Positions 10,172 through 19,591 of a DNA stretch of 32,000 nucleotides are shown in pieces. Numbering within the stretch: position 1 is the stretch's first letter; the number at the start of each line of letters is the position of its first letter. A model generated the notes under the pieces. The model did not search any database and was not told where the DNA came from. It worked only from the letters and a program-made list of their open reading frames with translations. The stretch is from Acetobacteraceae bacterium (GTDB lineage Bacteria; Pseudomonadota; Alphaproteobacteria; Acetobacterales; Acetobacteraceae), in contig JAMXLO010000046.1 in the NCBI GenBank assembly GCA_024280945.1, forward strand, positions 57,412 to 89,411, in the 5' to 3' direction. The translations under genes and the position numbers were made by a program.

Positions 10172-10789
10172 GAGACTGGCTCCCAACGTGGATGCGGATG
10201 AGCAACGCTGCTTTGGCCACCCACAACCTGTCAAAGCACACCACTGTTAGTTTCTGGCTTTCAAAGCATTTCTGGCTCGCGCCACACCGTTTCCGTATTC
10301 TCTGTTGCGGCACTGCCACAGAAGGTGCGCGTGGTGGCAATACAGTTCGATCTGGAAGCCGCTGAAACCGTTTCTTGAAAAGCAACAACGCTCGTTACTG
10401 TTCTGTTTAGAGATAATCCTCAAGGAACCGGAATGTTTGGAGCAGCTGATAGGCTGGCCAATGACCTCGCGTGGCAGTTCCGGTGCCACATCGATGCGAT
10501 TTGCTCACTCGGACATTGCTGATCGGACGTAACCTCAGGACACGCCTGAATCCGGCAACGTTCACTCCTGCATCCGTTCTCCCACATGAGGGAGAATGGA
10601 GCGGAGCGTGCTCGACGGCGCAGACGTATGTGGCTCACACAATAGGTAGCTCGAGCACAAGCAGGAACGGTATGAGGTCAGGCACCGGGCCACATAACGA
10701 GCGTTTCGGTCGTGAACCACCTGGCGCCCCAGGTCGCGCGGAAGTGGCGCTGCCAAGGCGCCAAGGCGGCGCAACGAAGCTATCTCTTC

Positions 10790-12240
10790 GGCCGGGAATT
10801 CTGCGGTCTTGTCGAGTTGTACTGCCCTCGGCGATATCCCGGTCAGGGGGATGGTGGGGATCACCGCAGGCTCATAAACCGTGCTGCTAACGCGCGATGA
10901 GGACGCGGTATATGCCGTTGGCGGCATGTGTCCGCATGCCGGCGGACCGCTGGTGGAGGGCGCTCGTCAGGATAGCAGCGTCATCTGTCCCTGGCACAAG
11001 GCAAGATTCTGCCTGCGCACCGGTGCGCTGTTGGACCCGCCGGCGGTGGACGCATTGCTTCGCTTCGCCGTGAGGGTCGCCGGCGGCCGTGTGCTGGTGA
11101 ACGTCCCGGCGGCGCAGGCCAAGGCGTTGCCGCCTGAACCGTTCCGGAAAGACGACAATCGGTGTTTTGTCATTGTTGGGGCCGGTGCGGCAGGCGCATT
11201 TGGAGAAATCGCCGCTACAGACACAGGAGTGGTATCGCCAGCATGGCATAGAGCGACGCATGGCACATGTTGTCGGCATCGATGCGCAGGCGCGGCAGAT
11301 ATCCTGCGAAGATGGTACCGTCTTGGACTACGATGCCGCGTTACTGGCCACCGGCGGAGTGTTGCGGCGTCCGCCAATCGCTCGTGCCGACCGCCGAAAC
11401 GTCTGCCTTCTGAGAAGCCGATCGGATGCAGAGGCGATCCTGGCGCAGGCGGAGCGCAGCCGACATGCAGTGATCCTTGGCACCAGCTTTATTGGCATGG
11501 AGGTTGCTGCGAGCCTGCGCGAACGCGGACTGGAAGTCACGGTGGTCGGCAAGGAGGCAGTGCCCTTCGAGAAGCAGCTCGGTGCTCCTGTGGGCATGGC
11601 ATGGCAAAAACTCCATGAGCGACATGGTTTAGGATTCAGGACCGGCGCAACAGTCGCATCATTCGACGGTGGGGCCGATCTGACTGGCATAACATTGGAC
11701 AATGGTGAGCGGATCCGGGCGGAGCTCGCCGTTGTCGGGCGGGGCATCAAGCCGACCACTGATGCCATCGCTGGTCTGCCCTGCAATGACGACGGGAGTC
11801 TGACTGTTGATGCAAAGCTGGGTGTGACGGATGGGCTCTATGCGGCAGGAGGCATTGCACAATTGCCCCATCGCGGTGATAGGCCGCCGATCCGCGTCGA
11901 GCACTGGCGTGTGGCCGAACAACACGGGCGCTTGGCAGCATTGGCGACGTTGGGGCAGCAGGTGCGCTACGCCGCTGTGCCGGTGTTCTGGACCATCCAG
12001 TACCTGAAGCGCCTAGACTATATAGGCCACGTCTCCCAATGGGACGACATAATTCTGCATGAAGATCCGGAAAAGCCCGAGCTGCTGGCCTTTTACATAA
12101 AAGATGGCGTGGTTGCTGCAGCGGCTGGTCTGGACCGCGACCACGATACCTCGGCGCTGGTGGCGTTGCTCTCGCTGCGGCGTGATTGGACCCCGCAAGC
12201 CCTTGGAGAGTCACCAGCGCGCCTGCTCGCCAGCCTTTAG
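10790..12240 (+). pseudogene. Rieske [2Fe-2S] domain / FAD-dependent pyridine-nucleotide-disulfide reductase fusion, decayed
   Basis: In one frame: ...LGDIPVRGMVGITAGS-TAA(10875..10877)-TVLLTRDEDAVYAVGGMCPHAGGPL...CPWHKARF (Rieske CxH/CxxH), then FVIVGAGAAGA. The reductase body (EWYRQHGIE...LLATGG...ILGTSFIGMEVAASL...AAGGIA...) continues only in another frame (ORF 11167..12240). About 40-45 residues expected after the GxGxxG are missing. The start coordinate is approximate. Confidence 0.7.
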
Positions 12241-12500
12241 GCGCAATCGCGCACCCATACGCAATGGCGGTAACTGCAAGACCTCTGGCTCTGACAGAGG
12301 CTCCGATTGTTCACCAGCTAAGGTCGAGGGAGACGATGACGAAGAGACTCGTGACAGACGACAGGGTTGGTAATCAAGCAGCAGACTTCGGACACACACA
12401 TCAAGGGTCATAAAGTGGCTGCCTCGAAGAGCAATCTCCAATATATCGTGCAGAGTGCATACTTAATCGCCATGATGCAGCATGACGGGGGGACACGCCT

Positions 12501-13892
12501 GTGATCGAGCAGTCGCGGTTGCAGCGCCTCAATGATGAGCCCGAGTGCGAAGGCGACTACATCCTATACTGGATGCAGCAATCGCAGCGCGAAGCGTTCA
12601 ATCCGGCGCTGGAAACGGCCGTCGCCTGCGCGAATCGGCTGGGGCTCCCGGTGCTCGTTGGCTTTGGGCTGATGGACAGTTATCCGGAAGCCAATGCAAG
12701 GCACTACACCTTCATGCTCGAGGGTCTTCGCGACGTGGAGACCGCGCTGTCGAGACGCGGTATCGCTTTTGTCGTCCGGCGTGGCTCACCAGACGAGGTC
12801 GCAGTCAAGCTTGCTCGCCGAGCCACGCTCGTCGTGTGTGACCGTGGCTATCTCCGCCATCAGAAGGCATGGCGCCGCAACGTCGCGAACAATGCCGGGC
12901 GGCGCGTGCTGCAGGTCGAAGGCGACGTTGTCGTTCCGGTGGAACGCGCGTCGGGCAAAACGGAGCTGGCGGCACGAACGCTACGGCCGAAAATCCTGCA
13001 ACAGCGAAAGGATTTCCTGCATCCGCTCGGGCGCACACCAGTCAGGGTCAAGGCCGGATCGCTGCGCGTTCCTGAGTCGCTTGATCTTTCCGATATTTCG
13101 GCCCTTCTTGGCAGGCTTCCTATCGACCATGGCGTCGGCCCGGTGCGCCGCTTCAAGGGTGGCACCGAGGAAGCACACGAGCGCTTGTCGTCTTTCATTC
13201 GCGGGGCGCTCGGCAACTATGCCGAGGGCCGCCGTGAACCGGCCCAGGAGCAGGTCTCATTTCTGTCAGCCTACCTGCATTTCGGGCAGATTTCTCCGGT
13301 CGAGATCGCCTTGGCTGTTTCAAATGCAAAGACAGGCGACACCGACCGCGCCGCCTATCTGGAGGAGCTGATCGTGCGACGTGAGCTGGCGATGAATTTT
13401 GTCGAGCACCAGCCCGACTATGACAGCTATACTTGTCTACCGGATTGGGCGCGCAACACACTGAAGATGCATCGCGCTGATCGACGTCAGCATATCTACA
13501 GCGAGTCCCAGCTTGCCGCCGGGCGAACGCATGACCGCTACTGGAATGCCGCAATGTGCGAGATGCGCGTCACTGGCTACTTGCACAACCACATGCGCAT
13601 GTACTGGGGAAAGAAGATCCTCGAATGGACGCCCAGCGCCGAGGAGGCGTTCAGGACGGCATTGTCACTCAACAACCGCTACCTTCTATGCGGCCGCGAT
13701 CCGAATTCGTATGCCAATGTGGCGTGGTGTTTGGGCCTGCACGACCGTCCGTGGCCAGAACGCGCCATCTTCGGCAAGGTGCGTTCGATGACGGCTGCCG
13801 GCTTGAAGCGCAAGATCGACATCGATGCCTATATGCAGCGCATCGCAGAACTGACCCAAGCCGAAGCCGGCGAGGAGGTCAATTCATCGTAA
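12501..13892 (+). CDS. Deoxyribodipyrimidine photolyase, class II CPD type
   Basis: 463 aa from the GTG at 12501 (GGGGGGA upstream). Collinear with class II photolyases as I recall them: YILYWM..SQR...N.AL, LSAYLHFGQIS, GRTHD.YWNAAM.E...TGY.HN..RMYWGKKILEW, GRDPNSYANVAW..GLHDRPW. Confidence 0.85.
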   Translation: MIEQSRLQRLNDEPECEGDYILYWMQQSQREAFNPALETAVACANRLGLPVLVGFGLMDSYPEANARHYTFMLEGLRDVETALSRRGIAFVVRRGSPDEVAVKLARRATLVVCDRGYLRHQKAWRRNVANNAGRRVLQVEGDVVVPVERASGKTELAARTLRPKILQQRKDFLHPLGRTPVRVKAGSLRVPESLDLSDISALLGRLPIDHGVGPVRRFKGGTEEAHERLSSFIRGALGNYAEGRREPAQEQVSFLSAYLHFGQISPVEIALAVSNAKTGDTDRAAYLEELIVRRELAMNFVEHQPDYDSYTCLPDWARNTLKMHRADRRQHIYSESQLAAGRTHDRYWNAAMCEMRVTGYLHNHMRMYWGKKILEWTPSAEEAFRTALSLNNRYLLCGRDPNSYANVAWCLGLHDRPWPERAIFGKVRSMTAAGLKRKIDIDAYMQRIAELTQAEAGEEVNSS

Positions 13893-13933
13893 CAATCGAG
13901 CCGTCAGGCGGTGTGGCCAGCCCGTTCCTGGTT

Positions 13934-14785
13934 TCAGTCCGGGACTGCAGATATCAGATACAAACTTTGCAACATTGGACTGAGGCGAAAGTTGCCTCCG
14001 AAGGTGCGCTCGAGAATCTCCGCTATCTCGCCTGAGCTGTAGATTCCGCTCAGCGCGCGATCGACCTCGAGCCGAAAATCGTCGTCGCCTTTCAACAAGC
14101 CGAGCGCGTACGGCTCGATCGTCAGATATTCATCGGCAAGACGCATATCTGCGGGAGTCTTGCTGTTCGCTTGTAGCACCCAGAGGATGGACCGATCCGC
14201 AAAATATGCGTTCACCTTTCCAGAATCCAGCATTGCCAAACCTTCGGCGTGCGTGGCAGCCAAGGTAATATTGGTGTTGATCCCGGTCGCTGACAGCGTA
14301 TTCCGCAAAGCCTGCTCGGTCGTCGTGCCCCCCAGGACACCGATCGTCTGACCTTCCATCGCCCGCAGGTCCTTTGGGCCATCTGCCTTGATGAGAAGAC
14401 CCGCGCCATCGACGAACGTATCGACGGAAAAGTCGATAAGCTTGCGCCTGCTCATTGTGACGGTTGTCGCCTCACAGAGCAGATCGGCCTTGCCTTGGCG
14501 TATTACGTCGAAACGGTCGGCTGCGGTGACCGGCACATAGCTTACGCGCAGCGGCGGCACATTTGCTTGCTGCGAAAGTCGCTTTGTAACCGCCTGGCAG
14601 AGATCGACGATGAAGCCCGTCGGCTTTTCCTCGCCGTTCTGATAAGAGAATGGCGGAGCGTCCCGACGATAGGCGATGCGGATGGCATTGTCCTGCCGAA
14701 GCCGATCGAGGGTTCCTGCCTCGAGCGTGCCCGATAGAGCCATCAGCGCTACCGCGCAGCAGCCAAGAACCCACTTGCAGTACAT
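13934..14785 (-). CDS. Amino-acid-type ABC transporter substrate-binding protein (SBP family 3), orphan
   Basis: The inner ATG at 14785 has a GAGGGGGGG tract upstream. Signal peptide MYCKWVLGCCAVALMALSGTLEA. Periplasmic-binding pattern (IRIAYRRDAPPFSY...GF.VDLC...DLLCEATT.T..R...DFS). No permease or ATPase gene is adjacent. Confidence 0.8.
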   Translation of the reverse strand: MYCKWVLGCCAVALMALSGTLEAGTLDRLRQDNAIRIAYRRDAPPFSYQNGEEKPTGFIVDLCQAVTKRLSQQANVPPLRVSYVPVTAADRFDVIRQGKADLLCEATTVTMSRRKLIDFSVDTFVDGAGLLIKADGPKDLRAMEGQTIGVLGGTTTEQALRNTLSATGINTNITLAATHAEGLAMLDSGKVNAYFADRSILWVLQANSKTPADMRLADEYLTIEPYALGLLKGDDDFRLEVDRALSGIYSSGEIAEILERTFGGNFRLSPMLQSLYLISAVPD

Positions 14786-15039
14786 GGCGTCCCCCCCTCG
14801 CTCACGCCAACATTCTGATTGCCAATGTGTGGTTCCGACAAGAGGTTGAGGCCCTCGAGTGGATTTTGACCTCACTTTCCTGGCTCCAGGTCGACGAAAG
14901 ATGCGTCGCAGCTTGCCGCGCGCCCATATCAGAACCTGTTCGCGAGCCGCGCTGCAAGAAGGGCGCCGGCGTTGAGCCAAAGGGAGGGGGAAAGACGTCG
15001 GCGGATGATATACTCGCGGCGTGAAGGGAGAGAAGTCAT

Positions 15040-15795
15040 ATGAAATTGGCAGGCAGGATTGCGCTGGTAACTGGCGCGCAGCAGGGAATTGGCGCGGCTA
15101 TTGCGGTTGCTCTGGCCGAGGAGGGTGCGGACGTCGCGATCACCTGGCTCGATGACGAGCCAGCGGCTGAAGCGGTGGCAGGTCGCATTCGCCAGGCCGG
15201 CCGCCACGTCCACCTCGTCCGCGCCGATGTCGCGCGGCTGGCCGACATCGAATCAATGATGGCGGATACTGCCCGGGTACTCGGCACGCCCGACATCCTG
15301 GTCAACAACGCCGGCGTTTATCCCCGGGTGAAGCTGCTGGAGATGCGCGAAACCGACTGGGATATCGTGCTCGATATCAATCTCAAAGCTGGCTGCTTTG
15401 CCGCCATTGCGTTCGTCAAGGCGCTAATAGCAGCCGGCAAAGGCCGCGCGTCGATCATCAACATCTCCTCGCAGGCAATCCGCGGCGCCGTGCGCGGTGT
15501 GCACTATAGCGCAAGCAAGGGTGGGGTGGTCTCGATGACGCGCGCCATGGCGCTTGAGCTCGCGCCTTACAACATCCGAGTGAACGCCATCGCACCTGGT
15601 ACGACCGACACAGCCCAACCTCGCTACGGCAATACAGAAGCAGAGTTGATCGAGATGGCCAAGACTATTCCGCTCGGCGGCAAGATGCTGACGGCCGATC
15701 AGATCGCGCGGACGGCGGTGTTCCTCGCTTCCGAGGATGCGAATGCCATCACCGGCCAAGTGCTGCACGTCAATGGCGGGTCATACATGCCGTGA
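15040..15795 (+). CDS. SDR-family oxidoreductase (FabG-like)
   Basis: 251 aa. TGAQQGIGAAIA cofactor motif, NNAG, catalytic YSASKGG. GAAGGGAGAG lies upstream of the ATG. Confidence 0.88.
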   Translation: MKLAGRIALVTGAQQGIGAAIAVALAEEGADVAITWLDDEPAAEAVAGRIRQAGRHVHLVRADVARLADIESMMADTARVLGTPDILVNNAGVYPRVKLLEMRETDWDIVLDINLKAGCFAAIAFVKALIAAGKGRASIINISSQAIRGAVRGVHYSASKGGVVSMTRAMALELAPYNIRVNAIAPGTTDTAQPRYGNTEAELIEMAKTIPLGGKMLTADQIARTAVFLASEDANAITGQVLHVNGGSYMP

Positions 15796-16211
15796 AGGTC
15801 CCTACCAACTACACCCTGGAGCGCGTTGACTGTCCTGACGGCGGCTCTCAAGTCTCGCCGTCCGGAGCTCCTTCGCTGCCCTGCGGACCTCCGCCGAATC
15901 GCTGCAATGCAGCTTCGTCCCGTTCAGTTGGTGAACACCGCGCCCAGGCGCAGGTCGCTTGACTGTTGCGACGGACCAGCCGGCATTCGCTCCACCAGCA
16001 TCATGCCTGTCGCCGCACCTGTGGACTTTCGGCGCATTTCGCCGAGTACCGGTCCGGGGGCAGGGCCGTCGCGCGGAATGGCCCCTCATTCACCCATCAT
16101 GCCGTCGTTTGAGGGTATCGGTGTGAGCGAGAGCAAAGTAGACGCAGGTGCCCAGCCATCCTAGACTGGCCGAAAGGCTCTCCGGAAACAAAGAGCCAGC
16201 AGGGAGGCGAC

Positions 16212-17786
16212 ATGGGATCTAATTGGCCCACGTCCGGCGGCATTCTCACTCCGATTTCCCGCCGGGGCATTCTAGGATTCGCTGCGGTTGCGGCGGCTGG
16301 AAGCAATCTTCGCACGGCGCAGGCGGCTGGCGCAGCCGGCGAGCTTGTCTATGCGGTGCACATCTCTCTGGCACCGACATGGTTCGATCCGGCTGAGACG
16401 CCGTCGCTCGTGACACCCTATATGCTCTATTACGCGCTACACGATGCGATGCTGAAGCCCCTGCCGGGGCAACTTGCAGCGCCTAGTCTGGCAGAGTCCT
16501 GGTCTGCCACCGAAGATGGCATGAGCTACAGCTTCGTGCTGCGCGATGGCGTGACCTTCCATAATGGTGAGAAGGTTACGGCGGAGGACGTAAAGTTCTC
16601 TTTCGAGCGCTATCGTGGTGCCGCCAAGGGGCCGTTGCACGAGCGGGTTGCGGCGGTCGAGACGCCGGATCCAAAGCATGTGACGTTCAAGCTGAAGAAC
16701 CCCTGGCCGGACTTCATCACCTTCTATTCGATGACCACCGGCGCCGGTTGGATTGTGCCGAAGAAGTACGTCGAAAAGGTCGGCGATGAAGGTTTCAAAA
16801 AAGCGCCCATCGGCGCCGGCCCTTACAAGTTCATATCGTTCGCGCCCGGTGTGGAACTGGTCCTCGAGGCCTACGAAGGCTACTGGAAGAAGCCCGTGGC
16901 CGTGAAGCGCCTGCTGCTCAAGGTCGTACCCGAGGAGGCCACGCGGCTTGCCGCCTTGAAGCGAGGGGAGGTCGACGTTGCTTACTCGATTCGAGGTGAG
17001 CTTGCAGAGGAGTTGCGTCAGACACCCGGGTTGACATTGAAACCGACGGTCATTCAGTCGCCATTCTGGCTGTATTTCCCGGAGCAATGGGACCAGAAGT
17101 CGCCTTGGCACGATGTGCGTGTGCGCCAGGCTGCGCGTCTCGCACTCGATCTCAAGACAATCAATCAGGCGCTGACGCTCGGTTTTTCCCATATTCATGG
17201 CAGCCTGATTCCCGACAACTTCGAATTCTTCTGGAAGCCGCCCGAGCCCGTATATGATCCGGAGAAGGCGAAGCAGCTTCTCGCGGAAGCAGGCTATCCG
17301 AACGGCTTCGATGCGGGCTACTACAATTGCGATGGTTCTTATGCGAACCTCGCCGAGGCGACCAACAATTACCTGGGCGCGGTCGGAATACGCGCGAAAC
17401 TGCGCCCGCTGGAGCGTGTCTCCTTCGACCAGCAGTTCAGAGACAAGAAACTGAAGAACATCATCCAGGCGGGCAGCGGTTCATTTGGCAATGCCGCGAC
17501 CCGTTTCGAGACCTTTGTGGTGAAGGGTGGTGCGTACGTTTACGGCAACTACCCGGATATCGATGCGATGTTCGAGCAGCAGGCGGTCGAACTCGATCAC
17601 GGCAAACGTGCTGCGATCCTAACCAAGATGCAGCAGATCCTATATGAACGCGTGATCGGTACGCATCTATGGCAGCTTGCCTTCATCAACGGCGTGGGGC
17701 CGCGTGTCGGTGAATCCAGTTTTGGCCGAATTGCAGGGTTCCCGTACACAGCGCCGTACGAAGACCTTACGCTAAAGCGGACCTGA
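16212..17786 (+). CDS. ABC transporter substrate-binding protein, family 5 (peptide/nickel/opine type), Tat signal, orphan
   Basis: 524 aa. AGGGAGG lies upstream. The N-terminus has a twin-arginine SRRGILGFAAVAAAG...AQA. The body is typical of family 5 SBPs (LAESW....DG..Y.F.LR.GV.FHNGE..TAEDV.FS). No cognate permease or ATPase is nearby. Confidence 0.85.
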   Translation: MGSNWPTSGGILTPISRRGILGFAAVAAAGSNLRTAQAAGAAGELVYAVHISLAPTWFDPAETPSLVTPYMLYYALHDAMLKPLPGQLAAPSLAESWSATEDGMSYSFVLRDGVTFHNGEKVTAEDVKFSFERYRGAAKGPLHERVAAVETPDPKHVTFKLKNPWPDFITFYSMTTGAGWIVPKKYVEKVGDEGFKKAPIGAGPYKFISFAPGVELVLEAYEGYWKKPVAVKRLLLKVVPEEATRLAALKRGEVDVAYSIRGELAEELRQTPGLTLKPTVIQSPFWLYFPEQWDQKSPWHDVRVRQAARLALDLKTINQALTLGFSHIHGSLIPDNFEFFWKPPEPVYDPEKAKQLLAEAGYPNGFDAGYYNCDGSYANLAEATNNYLGAVGIRAKLRPLERVSFDQQFRDKKLKNIIQAGSGSFGNAATRFETFVVKGGAYVYGNYPDIDAMFEQQAVELDHGKRAAILTKMQQILYERVIGTHLWQLAFINGVGPRVGESSFGRIAGFPYTAPYEDLTLKRT

Positions 17787-18109
17787 TGGAGTATCGTTGA
17801 CCGTACGGGGCGCGGCGGTGAGAATGATGCGCCTCGCCGGGGGCACGCGTTCGTTATCGGCGTAGACATCCGGCGACACATCAGCATGGCCCACGCGTTT
17901 GCGGTCACAGGCGGTGGGCCGCGCGTAATCGAAGCATGGTTCGGCTGTTGCGATCCGCGCAATTCCGTATCTCTCTGGTCGCATCGCCGCCCAGGCGGGA
18001 TGGCAGTCTGGCTATGCAGCGCTTAGACCGAGCGACTGCAGTCAACGGCCAGGCGCCGACAAACCGCAATCGTGCCATGCTGTGGGGTCTGGAGGTATAG
18101 AGGGCAGCA

Positions 18110-18460
18110 ATGTTGGCCGGTATCAGTGCTATCACATTGGCCACACACGACATGGCTGGCGCGGTCCTGTTTTACCGGGCGCTGGGTTTCGCTTTGAAGT
18201 CCGGTGGTCCGACGGCAGGATTCACTAGTTTTCACGCGGGCACCGACTATCTTAATCTAATCATGATGCCGCCAGGACGTATATGGAGTTGGTGGGGTCG
18301 CGTGATTTTTCACGTTGATGATGTCGATGCACACTACGCCCAAGCTCTATCCGCTGGCTTGAAGCCTGAGTTCTCGCCACGCAACGGATCATGGGGCGAG
18401 AGGTATTTCCACATACTTGATCCGGACGGGCACGAACTCAGCTTTGCCTGTCCCATGTGA
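18110..18460 (+). CDS. VOC-family (glyoxalase/bleomycin-resistance/dioxygenase fold) protein
   Basis: 116 aa. Pattern ITLATHDM..AV.FY..LGF...........F........L.........W.R.IFHVDDVDA.Y......G......P....WGER.FH..DPDGHELSF. Confidence 0.75.
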   Translation: MLAGISAITLATHDMAGAVLFYRALGFALKSGGPTAGFTSFHAGTDYLNLIMMPPGRIWSWWGRVIFHVDDVDAHYAQALSAGLKPEFSPRNGSWGERYFHILDPDGHELSFACPM

Positions 18461-18556
18461 TGACCGCCTGCATTGCCGCGCTACGCCATGTATCGGCCAG
18501 ATCAGACCGCGGTTCACGTGCCGGTCGCCCTTGTCCTACGACTAACGGCTGAAGCG

Positions 18557-19486
18557 CTACTGCCTTGACGTGACCCGGCGGATCGCCTGCACAGCAGCCG
18601 ATATCTGTGCATCAATACCCAATTGACCAAGCGTGGCACTCGCCCTCCTCGGATCGCCCCCATAAACACCGACCGATGCACTGGGCTTTGGCGCCTGCCT
18701 AAGCTGCTGGAGGCGGACCATTGAAGGATCGACGGCCAGCATCAACGAGGTATCCATCAGATCTGCATGAGTTCCGATATCTGCGCCAAAGCCTCGCACC
18801 TGCAACTCCTTCGCGAAGGTCGTCTCGACGGCTTGGTAGTACTCGGGGATGTAGCGCACGTGCGCCCCCGGTATCGCATGCGAGGAGGCCCACCTCTCGT
18901 TCAGTCGCTCTGCTACCGCCTTCAAACTGGACTGATAGCCGCCGTGATCGCCAATTAGGACAATATTGGTGAAGCCGTGGAGGCGGAAGCTCTCTGCTGC
19001 CGACTGGACCGTCCGCTCAAATACGTCCGTCGGCACCGTAATCGTGCCGGGAAACTGCATATGGGACGTTGGTGAGTCGGTGTCGCCCTCCGGAACATAG
19101 GCGATCACCGGAGCAACCAGCGCATCGCCAAGTTGGCGCGCAATTCGGTCGCTCAAACCGGCGGCCCGAACGTTGTGCTTTCCCACTGCCATATATGGAC
19201 CGCTCTGCTCGGTCCCGCCGATGGGGATGATAATTGTTGTCTTGCCAGCGTGTACCGCGTCGCGGATTTCGGTCCAAGTTAGTTGCCCCAGCTGCACGGT
19301 GTCTGGCACCCGAGCAACTGAAGCGGACGTTGACAGCGCCAGTGCACAGAGCATGCCGAGCAGCACCAGCGACGAGACCCGCGACCCAACGGTATTCGGC
19401 CCGGGCTGACCGTCATCGCCACCACGACAGGCCACGCAGTCATGTCGTCCATTAGGGTTCTGGCACCTCCCACTCGTGGTCAACAT
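18557..19486 (-). CDS. Creatininase-family amidohydrolase with a probable signal peptide (start uncertain)
   Basis: Core motifs IIIPIGGTEQSGPYMAVGKH, FPGTITV and VLIGDHGGYQ. They are preceded by the hydrophobic SRVSSLVLLGMLCALALSTSASVA. Candidate starts are 19582 (TTG), 19486 (ATG), 19435 (GTG) and 19354 (ATG), none with a good SD. Confidence 0.7.
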   Translation of the reverse strand: MLTTSGRCQNPNGRHDCVACRGGDDGQPGPNTVGSRVSSLVLLGMLCALALSTSASVARVPDTVQLGQLTWTEIRDAVHAGKTTIIIPIGGTEQSGPYMAVGKHNVRAAGLSDRIARQLGDALVAPVIAYVPEGDTDSPTSHMQFPGTITVPTDVFERTVQSAAESFRLHGFTNIVLIGDHGGYQSSLKAVAERLNERWASSHAIPGAHVRYIPEYYQAVETTFAKELQVRGFGADIGTHADLMDTSLMLAVDPSMVRLQQLRQAPKPSASVGVYGGDPRRASATLGQLGIDAQISAAVQAIRRVTSRQ

Positions 19487-19591
19487 GCCATTTGCCAACT
19501 GGACGCTAACTGCGTCCCCCAGCGCCGCGGCAGCCGTTGACGGGGCGAACTGACGGTCGTCCGAGGCCAGAGAAAGTCGCAATGTGTTACT

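Noticed and set aside
12336-12413. 25-codon ORF MTKRLVTDDRVGNQAADFGHTHQGS with a good GAGGGAG SD, upstream of the photolyase gene.
   Set aside because: It is very short, has low third-position GC compared with the neighbouring genes, and has no recognisable features. It cannot be supported from sequence alone.
15037-15048. CATATG (NdeI) sites exactly at the start codons at 15037 and 26867, as a possible sign of an engineered insert.
   Set aside because: The surrounding sequence is native-looking, with natural SD sequences, no vector or tag sequence and no abrupt junctions. MKL... starts preceded by CAT arise naturally.
15796-16211. ORFs 15826..16164(+) and 15802..16089(-) in the SDR-SBP spacer.
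   Set aside because: Both translations are low-complexity (Arg/Pro/Ser/Ala), they overlap each other on opposite strands, and they lack ribosome-binding sites.
17772-17984. 70-aa minus-strand ORF (…CFDYARPTACDRKRVGHADVSPDVYADNERVP…) downstream of the family 5 SBP gene.
   Set aside because: The middle part looks somewhat protein-like, but there is no SD, it overlaps the SBP stop, and I recognise no family. At best it is an unassignable remnant.
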